From assembly GCF_001194135.2 (NCBI RefSeq), contig NC_068982.1:116807932-116867636 (forward strand): a stretch of DNA of 59,705 nucleotides, read 5' to 3'. The first letter of the stretch is position 1. Each line of letters begins with the position of its first letter. Below, piece by piece: positions 1-12,153 of this stretch. Source of the DNA: Octopus bimaculoides (lineage: Eukaryota). Made by a program: the position numbers and the translations under genes. The notes under the pieces are model-generated. The model did not search any database. It worked only from the letters and a program-made list of their open reading frames with translations, and was not told the DNA's origin.

Positions 1-55
1 ATATATATATACATATATATACATGCATACATATATACATACACATATATATATA

Positions 56-581
56 CAGTGTGTCCACAAAGTTTGGGTACATGGAGTAAATAAAATCATA
101 ACATAAACTATTAAATATAAGAAATAGTAATTTTCCTTTTTTATTTTTATTTAAATTAAATAAAAAAATACTTTCCTAAATTTAATTATGTTATTTTTTC
201 TACCCAGATCGAATGATGGCTCTGTCTAAAGAAGAATAATACAGATTCTTTCTTCTTTAGACAGAACCATCATTCGATCTGGGATTTTTCTCCCCTTGAC
301 TTCTTTTTCTGGGGTATGTTGAAAGAGAAACTTTACTCCATAAAGATTACAAATTTAAACTACATGAGAGACTGCATTACCAGTCAGTGTGCTGAAATTG
401 ATGGCAATGTAGACTTATTTAATCGAGTTTACCTGAATTTTGCAAGGTGCATCAAGTTATGCATTGAAAATGATGGAAATCATTTTGAAAATATTATTTA
501 TTAACATTATAATTAAATAAAATTGTTTTGTTTTAAAGGTATGTTTTAATCCCCATGTACCCAGACTTTGTGGACACCCTG
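56..581 (+). mobile_element. Internally deleted Tc1/mariner-superfamily element with TIRs
   Basis: 29-bp TIRs: cagtgtgtccacaaagtttgggtacatgg (56-84) vs reverse complement of 553-581 cagggtgtccacaaagtctgggtacatgg, 2 mismatches. TA on both flanks (54-55, 582-583). Transposase C-terminal remnant at 289-504 (SPLDFFFWGMLKEKLYS...CIENDGNHFENII) matches the SPDL.P.DFFLWG.LK..VY...GG.FE signature. Confidence 0.9.
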
Positions 582-889
582 TATATGTATATATATAAGG
601 GTAGCTGAGTTAGAGGTTAAAATAACAGTCTAAGGGATAAAAGTATCCATTTTCCTACCGGTATATATAACCTATATTTAAGCATGGGTAAACAAGATAT
701 GATCATAAATTATAGGTAAAAACAAGGATAAACAGGAATCAAAATTTAAAGGAAACAGAAAATGGAGATAATATTGATGAACAACCATTGATTTGCATCA
801 ATTATCATTTATTAATTGTATTCAAAAGGACTACATCCCATCTTACAAGCAGTTTCACCCCACAGCCCTTCTTTCAACTACTTTAACAG

Positions 890-1205
890 CTGTCCATGAT
901 CTCCAAATCGATGGTCTTTCATAGAGGATACCGATGTTGAATACATCCACGTCAATGTTGGATAGAATCACCGACGCCACATTTATTCCTATTAAACATT
1001 ACGGTTTTGTAAAGAAGACTGTGAAAGCTTAACAAGATTCCTGATATGAAGCGTCTTTCGTTAGACTTCATGAGTGGACTTACAGCTCAGTCAAAGTAAG
1101 GCAGTATGAGAAAGAATGCCAAAAATATACATGGTTATACATGCAAAGGAAATTTATGCACATTTCCCTGTCTCACCAAATGACTTAACCTAATATATTA
1201 CATCA
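890..1205 (-). pseudogene. Possible highly degenerate Penelope-like GIY-YIG endonuclease relic
   Basis: Minus-strand fragments in the expected order across frames: DVIY*VKSFGETGK (cf. VIY...YIGETGR), ERRFISGILL...FNRNKCG, YERPSIWRS. Many stops and frameshifts; manual motif recognition only. Confidence 0.3.
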
Positions 1206-3199
1206 TACTGAAATTCTCCTCGCGGATAGAACCTATTAACAGAAAGTGTCCCTTTCAAACGAGGTAAAAAATAATCTTCAATCTGGTCACATATTCTCCG
1301 AATCCAATGCACGACGATCAGGTGTTAATATTCAGCTGTAGCAAAGTAGGCATTTACCACACAACTCGAACTCTGTAGGATAAATAATTATAATGGAAAT
1401 ATTACTTGTTAAGACTCGTTTATTTCTTGCGGGTTGTTTTCAATCATCAGTCATCATTAGGAATTCATCAGCATTGTTCACGGACAGAAACTAAATTTAG
1501 CACAGAAAATGATATAAACTTTGCTAATTTGGATTCAAATGCAAACAAGCAGATAAGACAATCTTTATCGATGGATTTATAGCAAAATACCGTCCATTAA
1601 TACCATTAACCACAGAGCAACCTGTTTTTTACAAACAAAAAAGCCAAAAAGTAAAAAAAAACAACTGATAAGCTAATATAATCCGATATTATATGATACT
1701 ATCTGTCTCTTTCTTTCTCAACACACGCACATTTATACATACATACACATACAAACATGAATACATATATGTAAATAAGTATGTGTGTGTGTATACATAT
1801 ATATGTACACATATACGTGCATGCATATGTACGTAATACATACATATATACATGCATATATACATAAACACACACACTTACACACTCATATGTTGCTTAT
1901 ATAATGCTTTATAGAAGTTCATAAATACAGACACCCAAGGTTGTATATATATATAAACCTTCATATATATGCGGATATAATTCTGCATGTATCGTGTAAA
2001 GCAATACGTATCGTGTCTACAACTCATTAACAAGAAGTGCGTCTGGGTCCATGTATAATTAGGGTGTATATATGATCAGTCAGTACTATCTCTCTGTAAT
2101 CGCCGGCAACTGACATCTGCATATNNNNNNNNNNNNNNNNNNNNNNNNNNNNNNNNNNNNNNNNNNNNNNNNNNNNNNNNNNNNNNNNNNNNNNNNNNNN
2201 NNNNNNNNNNNNNNNNNNNNNNNNNNNNNNNNNNNNNNNNNNNNNNNNNNNNNNNNNNNNNNNNNNNNNNNNNNNNNNNNNNNNNNNNNNNNNNNNNNNN
2301 NNNNNNNNNNNNNNNNNNNNNNNNNNNNNNNNNNNNNNNNNNNNNNNNNNNNNNNNNNNNNNNNNNNNNNNNNNNNNNNNNNNNNNNNNNNNNNNNNNNN
2401 NNNNNNNNNNNNNNNNNNNNNNNNNNNNNNNNNNNNNNNNNNNNNNNNNNNNNNNNNNNNNNNNNNNNNNNNNNNNNNNNNNNNNNNNNNNNNNNNNNNN
2501 NNNNNNNNNNNNNNNNNNNNNNNNNNNNNNNNNNNNNNNNNNNNNNNNNNNNNNNNNNNNNNNNNNNNNNNNNNNNNNNNNNNNNNNNNNNNNNNNNNNN
2601 NNNNNNNNNNNNNNNNNNNNNNNNNNNNNNNNNNNNNNNNNNNNNNNNNNNNNNNNNNNNNNNNNNNNNNNNNNNNNNNNNNNNNNNNNNNNNNNNNNNN
2701 NNNNNNNNNNNNNNNNNNNNNNNNNNNNNNNNNNNNNNNTATATATATATTATATATCTATATATGTTCCTATACATACACACGCACACATACAGAGAGA
2801 TAGGGGGAACAGACTGATAGAGAGAGAAACAGGAGAATGAAAGAAAAAAGAGTGAGAGAGAGAACGAGAGCGAGAGAGCGAGCTAGAGAGAGAAAGAAAG
2901 AAAGAGAGAGGGAGAGAGAGCGAGAGCGAGCTAGAGAGAGAAAGAAAGAAAGAAAGAAAGAGATAGAGAGAGAGAGATAGATAGATAGATAGAGAGAGAC
3001 AAAGAGAGAGAGACAGAAAGAGAGAGACAGAGACAGAGAACTGCATTGATATAAGTTATATAGAACACGAAGTTATAAAATATATAGTTTTTATTATTCA
3101 GCAGTAACCAAATGACAGAAGGAGCGAAACTGTGCTTATGAAACTCATTGGCACTTGTGTGACCTTGTAACTTCTTCCAATTAATAATATTAATAATCA

Positions 3200-3707
3200 T
3201 AGGAGTGGCTGTGTGGTAAGTAGCTAGCTTACCAACCACATGGTCCCGGGTTCAGTCCCACTGCGTGGCACCTTGGGCAAGTGTCTTCTACTATAGCCTC
3301 GGGCCGACCAAAGCCTTGTGAGTGGATTTGGTAGACGGAAACTGAAAGAAGCCCGTCGTATATATGNNNNNNNNNNNNNNNNNNNNNNNNNNNNNNNNNN
3401 NNNNNNNNNNNNNNNNNNNNNNNNNNNNNNNNNNNNNNNNNNNNNNNNNNNNNNNNNATATATATACATATATGTGTGTGTGTGTGTGTGTGTATATATA
3501 TGTTTGTATGTGTGTGTTTGTCCCCCCCCCCAACATCGCTTGACAACCGATGCTGGTGTGTTTATGTCCCCGTAACTTAGCGGTTCGGCAAAAGAGATCG
3601 ATATAATAAGTACTAGACTTCTAAAGAATAAGTCCTGGGGTCGATTTGCTCGACTAAAGGCGGTGCTCCAGCATGGCACAGTCAAAAGACTGAAACAAGT
3701 AAAAGAG
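3200..3707 (+). mobile_element. Composite tRNA-derived SINE (head, internal microsatellite, tail)
   Basis: A-box-like tggctgtgtggt and B-box-like ggttcagtccc, then ggcaccttgggcaagtgtcttctactatagcc, a (TA)/(TG)n tract with a gap, and a tail ending gactgaaacaagtaaaagag. The same tail recurs at 16361-16600, 19107-19290 and 51057-51270. Confidence 0.85.
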
Positions 3708-3708
3708 T

Positions 3709-4715
3709 ATAATAATGGTTTCAAATTTTGGTACAAGGCTTCAGGAGAGATTGGGGGGTATGTCGACTACATCGACACCAGCGTTCAACTGGTACTAATA
3801 TTATCGACAACCGAGAGGATGTAAGGTGAAGTCGACCTCAGCGGAATTTGAACTCAGACCGTAAAGACGGATGAAATGCCACTAAGCATTTTGTCCTGCT
3901 TGTTAACGGTTCTGCCAGCTGTCTGCCTTATTAATAATAATAATCCTTTCTACTATAGACACAAAGCCTGGAATTTTGGGGGAGGGGAATAGCCGATTAC
4001 ATCGACCCCAGTACTCAACTGTTACTTACCTTAGCGACCCTGAAAGGGTGAAAGGCAAAGTCCACTTCGGCGAAATTTGAACTCAGAACACGAAGACGGA
4101 CGAACAGTTGCTAAACACTTTACCCGGCACGACGCCATGTGAAATAAAAAAAAAATCCTTTCTAGTACAGGCATAATGTCTGAAATTTGTGGGGAGGGGG
4201 TAAATTGATTACATCGACTCCAATAATCGACTGGTACTTAATTCATCGACCCCGAAGGATGAAAGGAAAAGTCGACCTCAGCAGAATTTGCACTCAAAAC
4301 GTAGCAACAGACGAAATACCGCTAAGCATTTCTCCCGGCGTGCTAACGATTCTTTTCCACTCAAAGTACAAGGACCAACATTTTGGGGGAAGGGGCCAGT
4401 CGATTAGATCGGTCACAGTACGCAACTGGTCCTTAATTTATCGACCCCGAAAGGATGAAAGTAAAGTCGACTTTGGCGGAATTTGAACTCAGAACGTAAA
4501 GACAGAAGAAATACCGCAAGCGTTTCGTCCTTCGTGCTAACGATTATCCGAACTCGGTGCCTTCTCCATAATAATAATAATGATTAAAAATTTTTGCACA
4601 AAGCCAGCAGTTTCAGGTGAGGGGGTAAGTCGATTACATCGACCCTAGTGTTTTCCTGGTAATTACTTTATTGACTCCCAAAGGACGAAAGGCAAAGTCG
4701 ACCTTGGTGGAGTTT
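3709..4715 (-). mobile_element. Head-to-tail stack of at least 5 copies of a ~210-bp tRNA-derived SINE with (ATT)n tail
   Basis: Copies at about 3709-3927, 3932-4131, 4155-4353, 4354-4562 and 4569-4715. Each carries the reverse complements of gagttcaaattccgc (B box) and ctttcatcctttcggggtcgataaa..agtaccag, which resembles the Deu/Nin central domain. Confidence 0.85.
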
Positions 4716-5170
4716 NNNNNNNNNNNNNNNNNNNNNNNNNNNNNNNNNNNNNNNNNNNNNNNNNNNNNNNNNNNNNNNNNNNNNNNNNNNNNNNNNNNNN
4801 NNNNNNNNNNNNNNNNNNNNNNNNNNNNNNNNNNNNNNNNNNNNNNNNNNNNNNNNNNNNNNNNNNNNNNNNNNNNNNNNNNNNNNNNNNNNNNNNNNNN
4901 NNNNNNNNNNNNNNNNNNNNNNNNNNNNNNNNNNNNNNNNNNNNNNNNNNNNNNNNNNNNNNNNNNNNNNNNNNNNNNNNNNNNNNNNNNNNNNNNNNNN
5001 NNNNNNNNNNNNNNNNNNNNNNNNNNNNNNNNNNNNNNNNNNNNNNNNNNNNNNNNNNNNNNNNNNNNNNNNNNNNNNNNNNNNNNNNNNNNNNNNNNNN
5101 NNNNNNNNNNNNNNNNNNNNNNNNNNNNNNNNNNNNNNNNNNNNNNNNNNNACACACACACACACACACA

Positions 5171-6289
5171 TTATTTGGCATCTTCTTCTCGCTGCTGCTA
5201 TCACATGCCTTCGAGACATCAGATGATGGACTGTAGAAGTGACGGGAAACTGTTCAATCTCTCGCGTCTGCGTGCCAAGACCAAAATTAGAAGTGTCCTG
5301 ACGAAGGAGATGCTTTTTGCTGATGATGCCGCTATGGTATCACACACAGAAGAAGCTCTGCAAAGGCTCATCAACTGCTCTGAGCAAGCTGGCTTAGTTA
5401 TCAGCCTCAAGAAGACCAACATCATGGGTCAGGCTACATCGGACATCCCAAACATACATATTGGAGACAACAGACTACAGGAGGTGGAGAAATTTACCTA
5501 TCTTGGCTCTACCGTCATCTCCAATCTATCCCTTGATGCCGATCTCAATATACGCATTGGCAAGGCAGCTGCTGTGATGGCCCAACTCTCCAAACAGGCA
5601 TAAGACAACAATAAGCTGACCAAGACCACAAAATGAAGATTTACCAGGCATGTGTACTTAGCACTCTAATGTATGGCAGTGAGATCTGGACGCCATACAC
5701 ACGCCAAGAGTGTCGCCTAAATATCTTTCATCAGCGCAGCTTCTAGAAAATCCTCGGCATCAAATGGCAGAATCGTGTCCCGAACAGAGATGTCCTCAAG
5801 CAAGCAGAAATACCAAGCATGTTTGCACTCCTTACACAAAGACGTATGAGATGGCTTGGACATGTTAGTCGTATGGAAGATGGCAGAATCCCCAAGGACA
5901 TACTCTACGGAGAGCTTGCTAGGAGCACTAGCTCTGTGAGAAAACCGTTCTTACGATACATAAATGTTTGCAAAAGGGACATGAAGGCCTGCGATATCAA
6001 TATTAGCAACTGGGAAGCGGTTGCCAGCATCATAGAAGAGGGAACACAAAGGAGTGACAGAGGGAGAGAGGAGAAATGGAAGGACAAGAAAAGACCTCAA
6101 CAAGAAGCTATGACATTGCAACCAGCCAGGCAAAGTCTTCGCTACGTTTGCGGCACCTGCCAGAGGGAGTGTTTGTCCAGGATATGACTACACTGCCACA
6201 AGAGGAGATGTATTAGGACATGAAATGTAAAAACCGGACTAGATTATTTTATGCGCAACTCCATTGTCTCCCGAGACAAAAGAGATGCC

Positions 6290-6302
<13 letters not shown>
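5171..6302 (+). mobile_element. 5'-truncated, inactivated RTE-clade LINE (RT C-terminal half, CCHH finger, (CAA)n tail)
   Basis: LFGIFFSLLLSHAF; SDGKLFNLSRLRAKTK; EMLFADDAA; EKFTYLGS; RIGKAAA; YGSEIW; RRMRWLGHVSRMEDGRIPKDILYGEL; CGTCQRECLSRI*LHCHKRRC. 3' end ccattgtctcccgagacaaaagagatgcc followed by (caa)n. In-frame stops and frameshifts present. Confidence 0.95.
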
Positions 6303-6320
<18 letters not shown>

Positions 6321-6861
6321 NNNNNNNNNNNNNNNNNNNNNNNNNNNNNNNNNNNNNNNNNNNNNNNNNNNNNNNNNNNNNNNNNNNNNNNNNNNNNNNN
6401 NNNNNNNNNNNNNNNNNNNNNNNNNNNNNNNNNNNNNNNNNNNNNNNNNNNNNNNNNNNNNNNNNNNNNNNNNNNNNNNNNNNNNNNNNNNNNNNNNNNN
6501 NNNNNNNNNNNNNNNNNNNNNNNNNNNNNNNNNNNNNNNNNNNNNNNNNNNNNNNNNNNNNNNNNNNNNNNNNNNNNNNTTTAAAGGATTGGTTTGGCAG
6601 TCATTCATTTACTGCCGACTGATACTGCGCTTGCGCGGTGAATTTGAAAAATTATAATGTATAACGAAGAGAAACGTGTTAAAAGTCTCTTAATTACATG
6701 TTAGTGTTATGGCGCGGTCACGGAAGAGGGATTTCGCCTAGCAAATTATTTTATTTGCTAAAAAAATCCTGAAACCTAAGGTCTGACCAGAATAAAATAA
6801 CAAGGTAAAAAGTTTTATTTTTCATTCCTTTTGAAGATTTCGGGCCTAGTGCTTAGAGTCG

Positions 6862-7068
6862 AAAAAAGAATCGTTAGCACGGAGGACGAAATTCTTAGCA
6901 GTATTTCGGCCGTCACCACGTTCTGAGTTCAAATTCCTCCAAGGTCAACTTTAACTTTCATCCTTTCGGGGTCGATAAATTAAGTACCAGTGAAACACTG
7001 TGGTCAATGTAATCGACTAGCCCCTCCTCACAATTTCAGGCCTTGTGCCTATAGTAGAAAGGATTATT
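6862..7068 (+). mobile_element. tRNA-derived SINE (same family as 3709-4715)
   Basis: gaatcgttagcac...ctgagttcaaattcc...ctttcatcctttcggggtcgataaattaagtaccag...gccttgtgcctatagtagaaaggattatt. Confidence 0.9.
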
Positions 7069-7134
7069 AATACTATACATGAAATTACAAATTACGAGAG
7101 AAATATACTATGATAAATTTTATTTTATTATTAC

Positions 7135-7270
7135 GTTTAGATATCAAATCCCGCCGAGGCTAACAATGCCTATCATAGTTTCAGCATCGATAAAATAAAT
7201 GCTAATCAAGTACAGGAGTCAATAAAATCGACTGTGCTACTTTCTCCAACTTTCTGGACTTGTGTTTTTC
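7135..7270 (+). mobile_element. Degenerate partial SINE of the same family
   Basis: tcaaatcccgccgaggc...tcgataaaataaa...aatcgact; weak match to the family core. Confidence 0.5.
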
Positions 7271-9236
7271 TCAGAATTCGCCTGAGAGTTAGACAACATA
7301 TCTGGTGATATTTTTTCTGCTCTTCATTCCTAAAATTTCTTAGAAAGTTCATGGAAGCTAATTCTTCGGTGTTAACCTGGTTTAACATGTATTCCTGGAG
7401 TGCTTCTAGCGGAACAAAATCTGTTGCAAGCATTCGACATAGGTCTTCGATCTGAGGATACCTTTTTGCTACCTGTCTTTACCTGTCTTAGAATCTCTGA
7501 AAATAGTCATGAGTATTTCTCTTTTTTTTTTCGTGAAAACAGCTCTACATGTGTAACCGGGGGCTTATTAAGTCTTTGTCACTACGCTTTAACACAAGAA
7601 ACACACTAAAGTCGTATTCTAACGAGACGTACTGCTGAACATGAAAATCTCAATATTAATTTGATTAGTAAATTTCCAGCAGTTTTCAGTCAAATAGACA
7701 TATATTTATATCTATATTCTTTATTTATTATTGATTTTCTTCTTTTCTAATTATGTCTTTATCTTCATGTATTGTGAATATATTTCTATTTAACTATGTT
7801 TGTATAAAATGTTATATTAATATAAAAACACACGTATATACATATATATACGCATAAATTGATTCATAGCCAGATACAAACATTGATGATATGTGATAAT
7901 GTATAGAAGCAGACATATTATTTAGTCATTTTTATGTCTTAAGGATGGTGTCGTTCAATATGTTTCGTTTATACCTTTATAAACCTATGTCTCATTCACC
8001 AGTAACTTTAGCAGACATCTCTCAGCAAGAACAAATCAAAAAAAAGATTTATTCCTTTTATATATATATATTTTGCTAGCTTTTCATTATATTGTAAACA
8101 AACATCAATTTTTCATAGATTCTTAAAGATATCATTTACGTGTTGAAAAATCACCCAGAACAACAAGGGAAAAATATAAGAACATCTAAAATGACACAAT
8201 CAATAACAAGAAAATCTACAATAAAACATCCTAAAAAGAGAACCGTGAATATTAAGTAAGAATTGATATCTTAATCCTTCCAGCTATTTTTGATTTTGTG
8301 ATAATTAAAATTAACATTCAGCTGGAATAATGTAGTCTGGATATAAAAATAATTTGTTTCTTACACAGGTACCGCAAATTGAGACACTTAGCAAAAGAAA
8401 ACATAGGAAGATGTGTGATTGAAATGTTTTACAAGAGTCAACAAAGAAGTGAATGGGAAACAGTTTCAAACAGGAATTGAAATTGCGTCGTGACACATGC
8501 CTTATTGAAAATTAGTGATACTAGATACAATATTGATACTAATGTTAGAAATCAATACCAGTTGCATAAATCAATAGTAATCATAAATCAATATCATTCA
8601 TAGAAACCTAGAGCAAAATTTTCTTGACAAACCGTGAGCCGAACGCAGTTTTACTCTCAGCATTAATGCAATATAATTCTTATTAGTTTGCTAATTCTTA
8701 TCGGAGAAGCATGAATGTTCGAAACTAGGACATTGCACTACGTCAAAAGAAACCAAATTCTATGGCGACACTTACTATTTAACCCCAGATGAGAGCAAAC
8801 TTATGATGAAATGTCTTCTATCCGTAACCATCTCCTCTACCTTTAGAGGCAGTGTACCTATAGCTATATTAATTACACATACAATATATCCTCATTTTTT
8901 AATATGGTAGGTTGTGAGTTTAGGAAGACTTGGCTGTTAGATCCAGCCAGTTAGGCGCTCGTGTAGAGGCACCCTTATTGGCTCGTATCTATGATACTAA
9001 ATCGAGTGGTGCAAAGTAATATGATGTTCGACAATTCGACACTGCAATGTAGGTTTATTTTCCAGTTGAAACTATCTTTTACATGTGATAATTTCCAATC
9101 CCACGCCAGTCACATTACTTGATATTGTCTAACGCGCTGGAACATAATAACTATGCAAAATAATAATGAAGACCATCAAAAAGGAGTAAAACTGGAACCT
9201 GAATAGTTAGGTAATGTTCCAATGTCTATAATAATA

Positions 9237-9440
9237 TTTATAGTATAGGTCCAAGGCCTGAAAGTTTGTGAAGAACGTTTGCCAATACAACTGACCCAAG
9301 TACTTGACTGGTATTTTATTTCATTGACACTGAAGTGATGGAAGGTAATGTTGATTGCATCAGGATTTGAACTCAGAGCTTAAAGTGCCAGAGCAAATAC
9401 CTCAAAGCGTTGTATCCGAAACTGTATTGATCTGCAAAAT
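9237..9440 (-). mobile_element. Diverged SINE copy (same family)
   Basis: tataggtccaaggcctgaaag...gacccaagtacttgactggta...ggatttgaactcagagc. Confidence 0.75.
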
Positions 9441-10202
9441 AGTAAGAATAAAATAATAATGATTTCTTGTATTTGCCACAGAGGCATCACATCAGATGAA
9501 GAGGACAATTTTGTGCAGGTGTTAACGTAAACACGGGTATAGAAGTAAAAAGGATAAAAACGTGATATGAACTAACAAACATATTATACAAATATATAAA
9601 TACATGAACTGTACAGAGCTCCAGACACAAGAGGGCCTGCAACCAAATGAAGGAAACCTAAAGATCCAAGCTCACCCTGATGACCAAAAATATATAATCT
9701 TTCGCATCTGTTACTCTACGATCTACAGGCACATGCTTAGAGCAGATTAATCCGCTGAAGTTAATTTCACTGCAAATTCACAAGAGAAGAGCATCTTCTT
9801 TTGTATGTGGAATTTGAGAAATCCAATGTGGACTTGACCTAAGAAGAAAGTGTTTGACGTTAGTCATTTCAGACTCGTACACCACACAACCATTGCACCT
9901 TAGCTAGCAGAAAAAATGAAGGGCAAAGATTGTAACATTCAATAATATTATTCTTCACCTGAAATTCCGTCTTGATTCATTTAGATGACAGTGGCTACTA
10001 ATTTATAAATAATGTTTTAAATATATACATATGTATACATACATGCATATACACACCCAAATGGACGCGCGCACACATATTTAATTTCTTGTTCGTGAAG
10101 TGCACAGTACTTTAATCTCTTTTAGCATTTTCTCCTGGCAGTTAGTATACTAGGGTAGAGAGTGATCAGTAGAAATTCTTGGGTACTTGCTTAATGAATT
10201 TA

Positions 10203-10404
10203 TAATAATCCTTTCTACTATAGGCATAAGGCTCGAAATTTTCGGGGAGGCGGTAAGTCGACCACATCGACCCCAATTTAGTTTATCGACCCCGAAGTGA
10301 TGAAAAGCAAAGTCAGTGACGGCGGAATTTGAATTGAGAACGTAAAGATGGGCTAAATACCACTAAGCATTTCGTCCAGCGTGCTAACGATTCTGCAGCT
10401 CACC
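10203..10404 (-). mobile_element. Full-length SINE copy with 17-bp target-site duplication
   Basis: Family sequence from tail to head. Flanks aatgaatttataataat (10193-10209) and aatgaatctataataat (10411-10427) differ at 1 position. Confidence 0.9.
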
Positions 10405-11107
10405 GTTTTAAATGAATCTATAATAATGCTGTCCGTATATTTAATCATAAACCAGAAAGTACATGAAAAATTGTAATCCTATTTCTATATGTATATGTCA
10501 GTCTTCCTAAGTTACAATAGTCTCTCATTTTTGTCGTTGGTGGTAACCTAGTAAATACATTGAAAATCGTATTCATAGTTAAATATATAAGATATAGCAG
10601 ATAACGAACATTAAAAACAAGAGGAAGTCAGTGAATATAGATTTTCAATTATATGTAATTTAAACTTCATGAATAATTAAAGATGATTTCTCATATTTTA
10701 AATTTTGAAATAGTGATTTGTGTTAGTTGTACTCTTGGAGAATTGAACAAAATAAATCGCAGTATTTATTTACATTTCATTAGATTGTGCGTTCAAATAA
10801 CATTAGTGTTAAGTTTGTCTTTTATCACTCCATTTTTTTGATAAAGATGTACTCAGGTGCTAGTATTAATAAAATCAATTTAACTATTCTCTCAAACGTT
10901 CGATACTATATAACAATCATAGAAATAACATCGCAAGGTTATCGAATTAAGTCATCATGTTTGTGATACAAAAAATGGAGTTCGATTACTGACAGTTCTA
11001 TTTCACTCAAAAAAATTCATTGAACGCAGCTCTTAATTTCGATACAATCTAGAAACTAACATAAAACTTCTTTCTACATTAAACATTGTATATCCTTCCA
11101 GTTAATA

Positions 11108-12153
11108 TTAGGTCGCCAAATATGAAATTAATAGAAAAGAAAAAAAACGTTTGCTAATGTTTTATAAATACAAGGAATAGTTTTATTCATCAAGGCATGC
11201 GCCCATATAGTCAATACACTTTTGCCATTTCAGCGGTAGCTTGTCCAGCCAGGAACTGTAAACACCTGGCAATCTAGAGTCAATAAAATCTTGGAAGGTC
11301 TGTTTTACAACGTCGTCAGAATTAAATTTCTTTCCTATCAAAAGGTTATCTAAATTCTGGAAGAAGTGGTAGTCAGTGGGGACAAGATCCGATGTGTATG
11401 GTGGATGATGGAGAACTTCCAACTCCAACTCCGGTAAGTTTCGCCAATGTCATCTTTGCGATGTGTAGTCTGAGTTATCTTGCAATAAAATAGGAGTGGA
11501 TCTGCTGACTAATTTAGGATGAATTTTTTTTTTGTAAGCTTGTGCATAATTTGGTCCAGTTGGCTGCAGCATACCTCGGCCGTGATTGATGAGCCAGGTT
11601 TAAGGAAATCCTAATGGATTACACGTGCTCCAGACCACCAAACACACACCAGCTTCTTTTGATGAATTTTGCTTTTAGGACTGTGTTTTGATGGCTCGTC
11701 TTTGTGCAACCATTGTGCTGAACGTTTAACTTTGTTTCATTGGATCCATTTCTCATCACGTTTCAATTCGATTCAAAAATGATTCATTATTGTGACGAGA
11801 AAGTAGCATAATGCAAGCTTCCAAACGTTGTTGTTTCTGATTTTCATTGAGTTCATGTGGAACCCAACATTTTTACTTTACCGATTTGAACTAGGTGAGT
11901 CAATATTGTTTGTTTGCTAACACCAAACAACAACGATAATTCACGATGTCGCTAGTTTTAGAAACTCTGGGAATGTCCTGATCGCCGTTACTTTTTCCTA
12001 ATTAAACTATTAAAATATATATAATGATAGATTATTTATTTTTAGTTCGAAAGAAAATACTAGTTAAAACCACTAGTTTTATCGTTTCATTCAGTTGGAA
12101 AAGCAGAAGAATGTCGGGAAAATGCGATGAGTTATTTTGCGATAGAATCTAAT
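11108..12153 (-). mobile_element. Degenerate mariner (DD34D-type) transposon
   Basis: Minus-strand motifs WVPHELNENQK, FLNRI..(C)DEKWI, DFLKPGSSITAEVCCSQLD, ILLQDN, HHPPYTSDLVPTDYHFF, KWQKCID. Candidate degenerate TIRs ttaggtcgccaaata (11108) and the reverse complement near 12153; ends approximate. Confidence 0.9.

Noticed and set aside
1410-1452. Minus-strand CUGAUGA-UUG..CAA-GAAA..GUC hammerhead-like match
   Set aside because: Stems I and II are only about 3 weak pairs and lack the G10.1-C11.1 pair; this is expected by chance in AT-rich DNA.
790-1621. Minus-strand terminal exon (acceptor near 1621, cadherin-like SVVNGINGRYFAINPS, AATAAA near 810)
   Set aside because: All frames close within about 32 codons, the resemblance is short, and the supposed UTR is better explained as a PLE relic.
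7206-7475. Minus-strand ORF (RYPQIEDLCRMLATDFVPLEALQEY...) as a host exon
   Set aside because: No polypyrimidine acceptor, the C-terminal part runs through a SINE, and there is no recognisable domain.
7560-7650. SRILTRRTAEH as a GIY-YIG L..R..EH motif
   Set aside because: The upstream YIG/cysteine motifs are not recoverable; too short to call.
9600-9950. Minus-strand candidate exon after ttcattttttctgctag
   Set aside because: A short open frame (AMVVWYESEMTNVKHFLL) with a weak donor and no homology that I can recognise.
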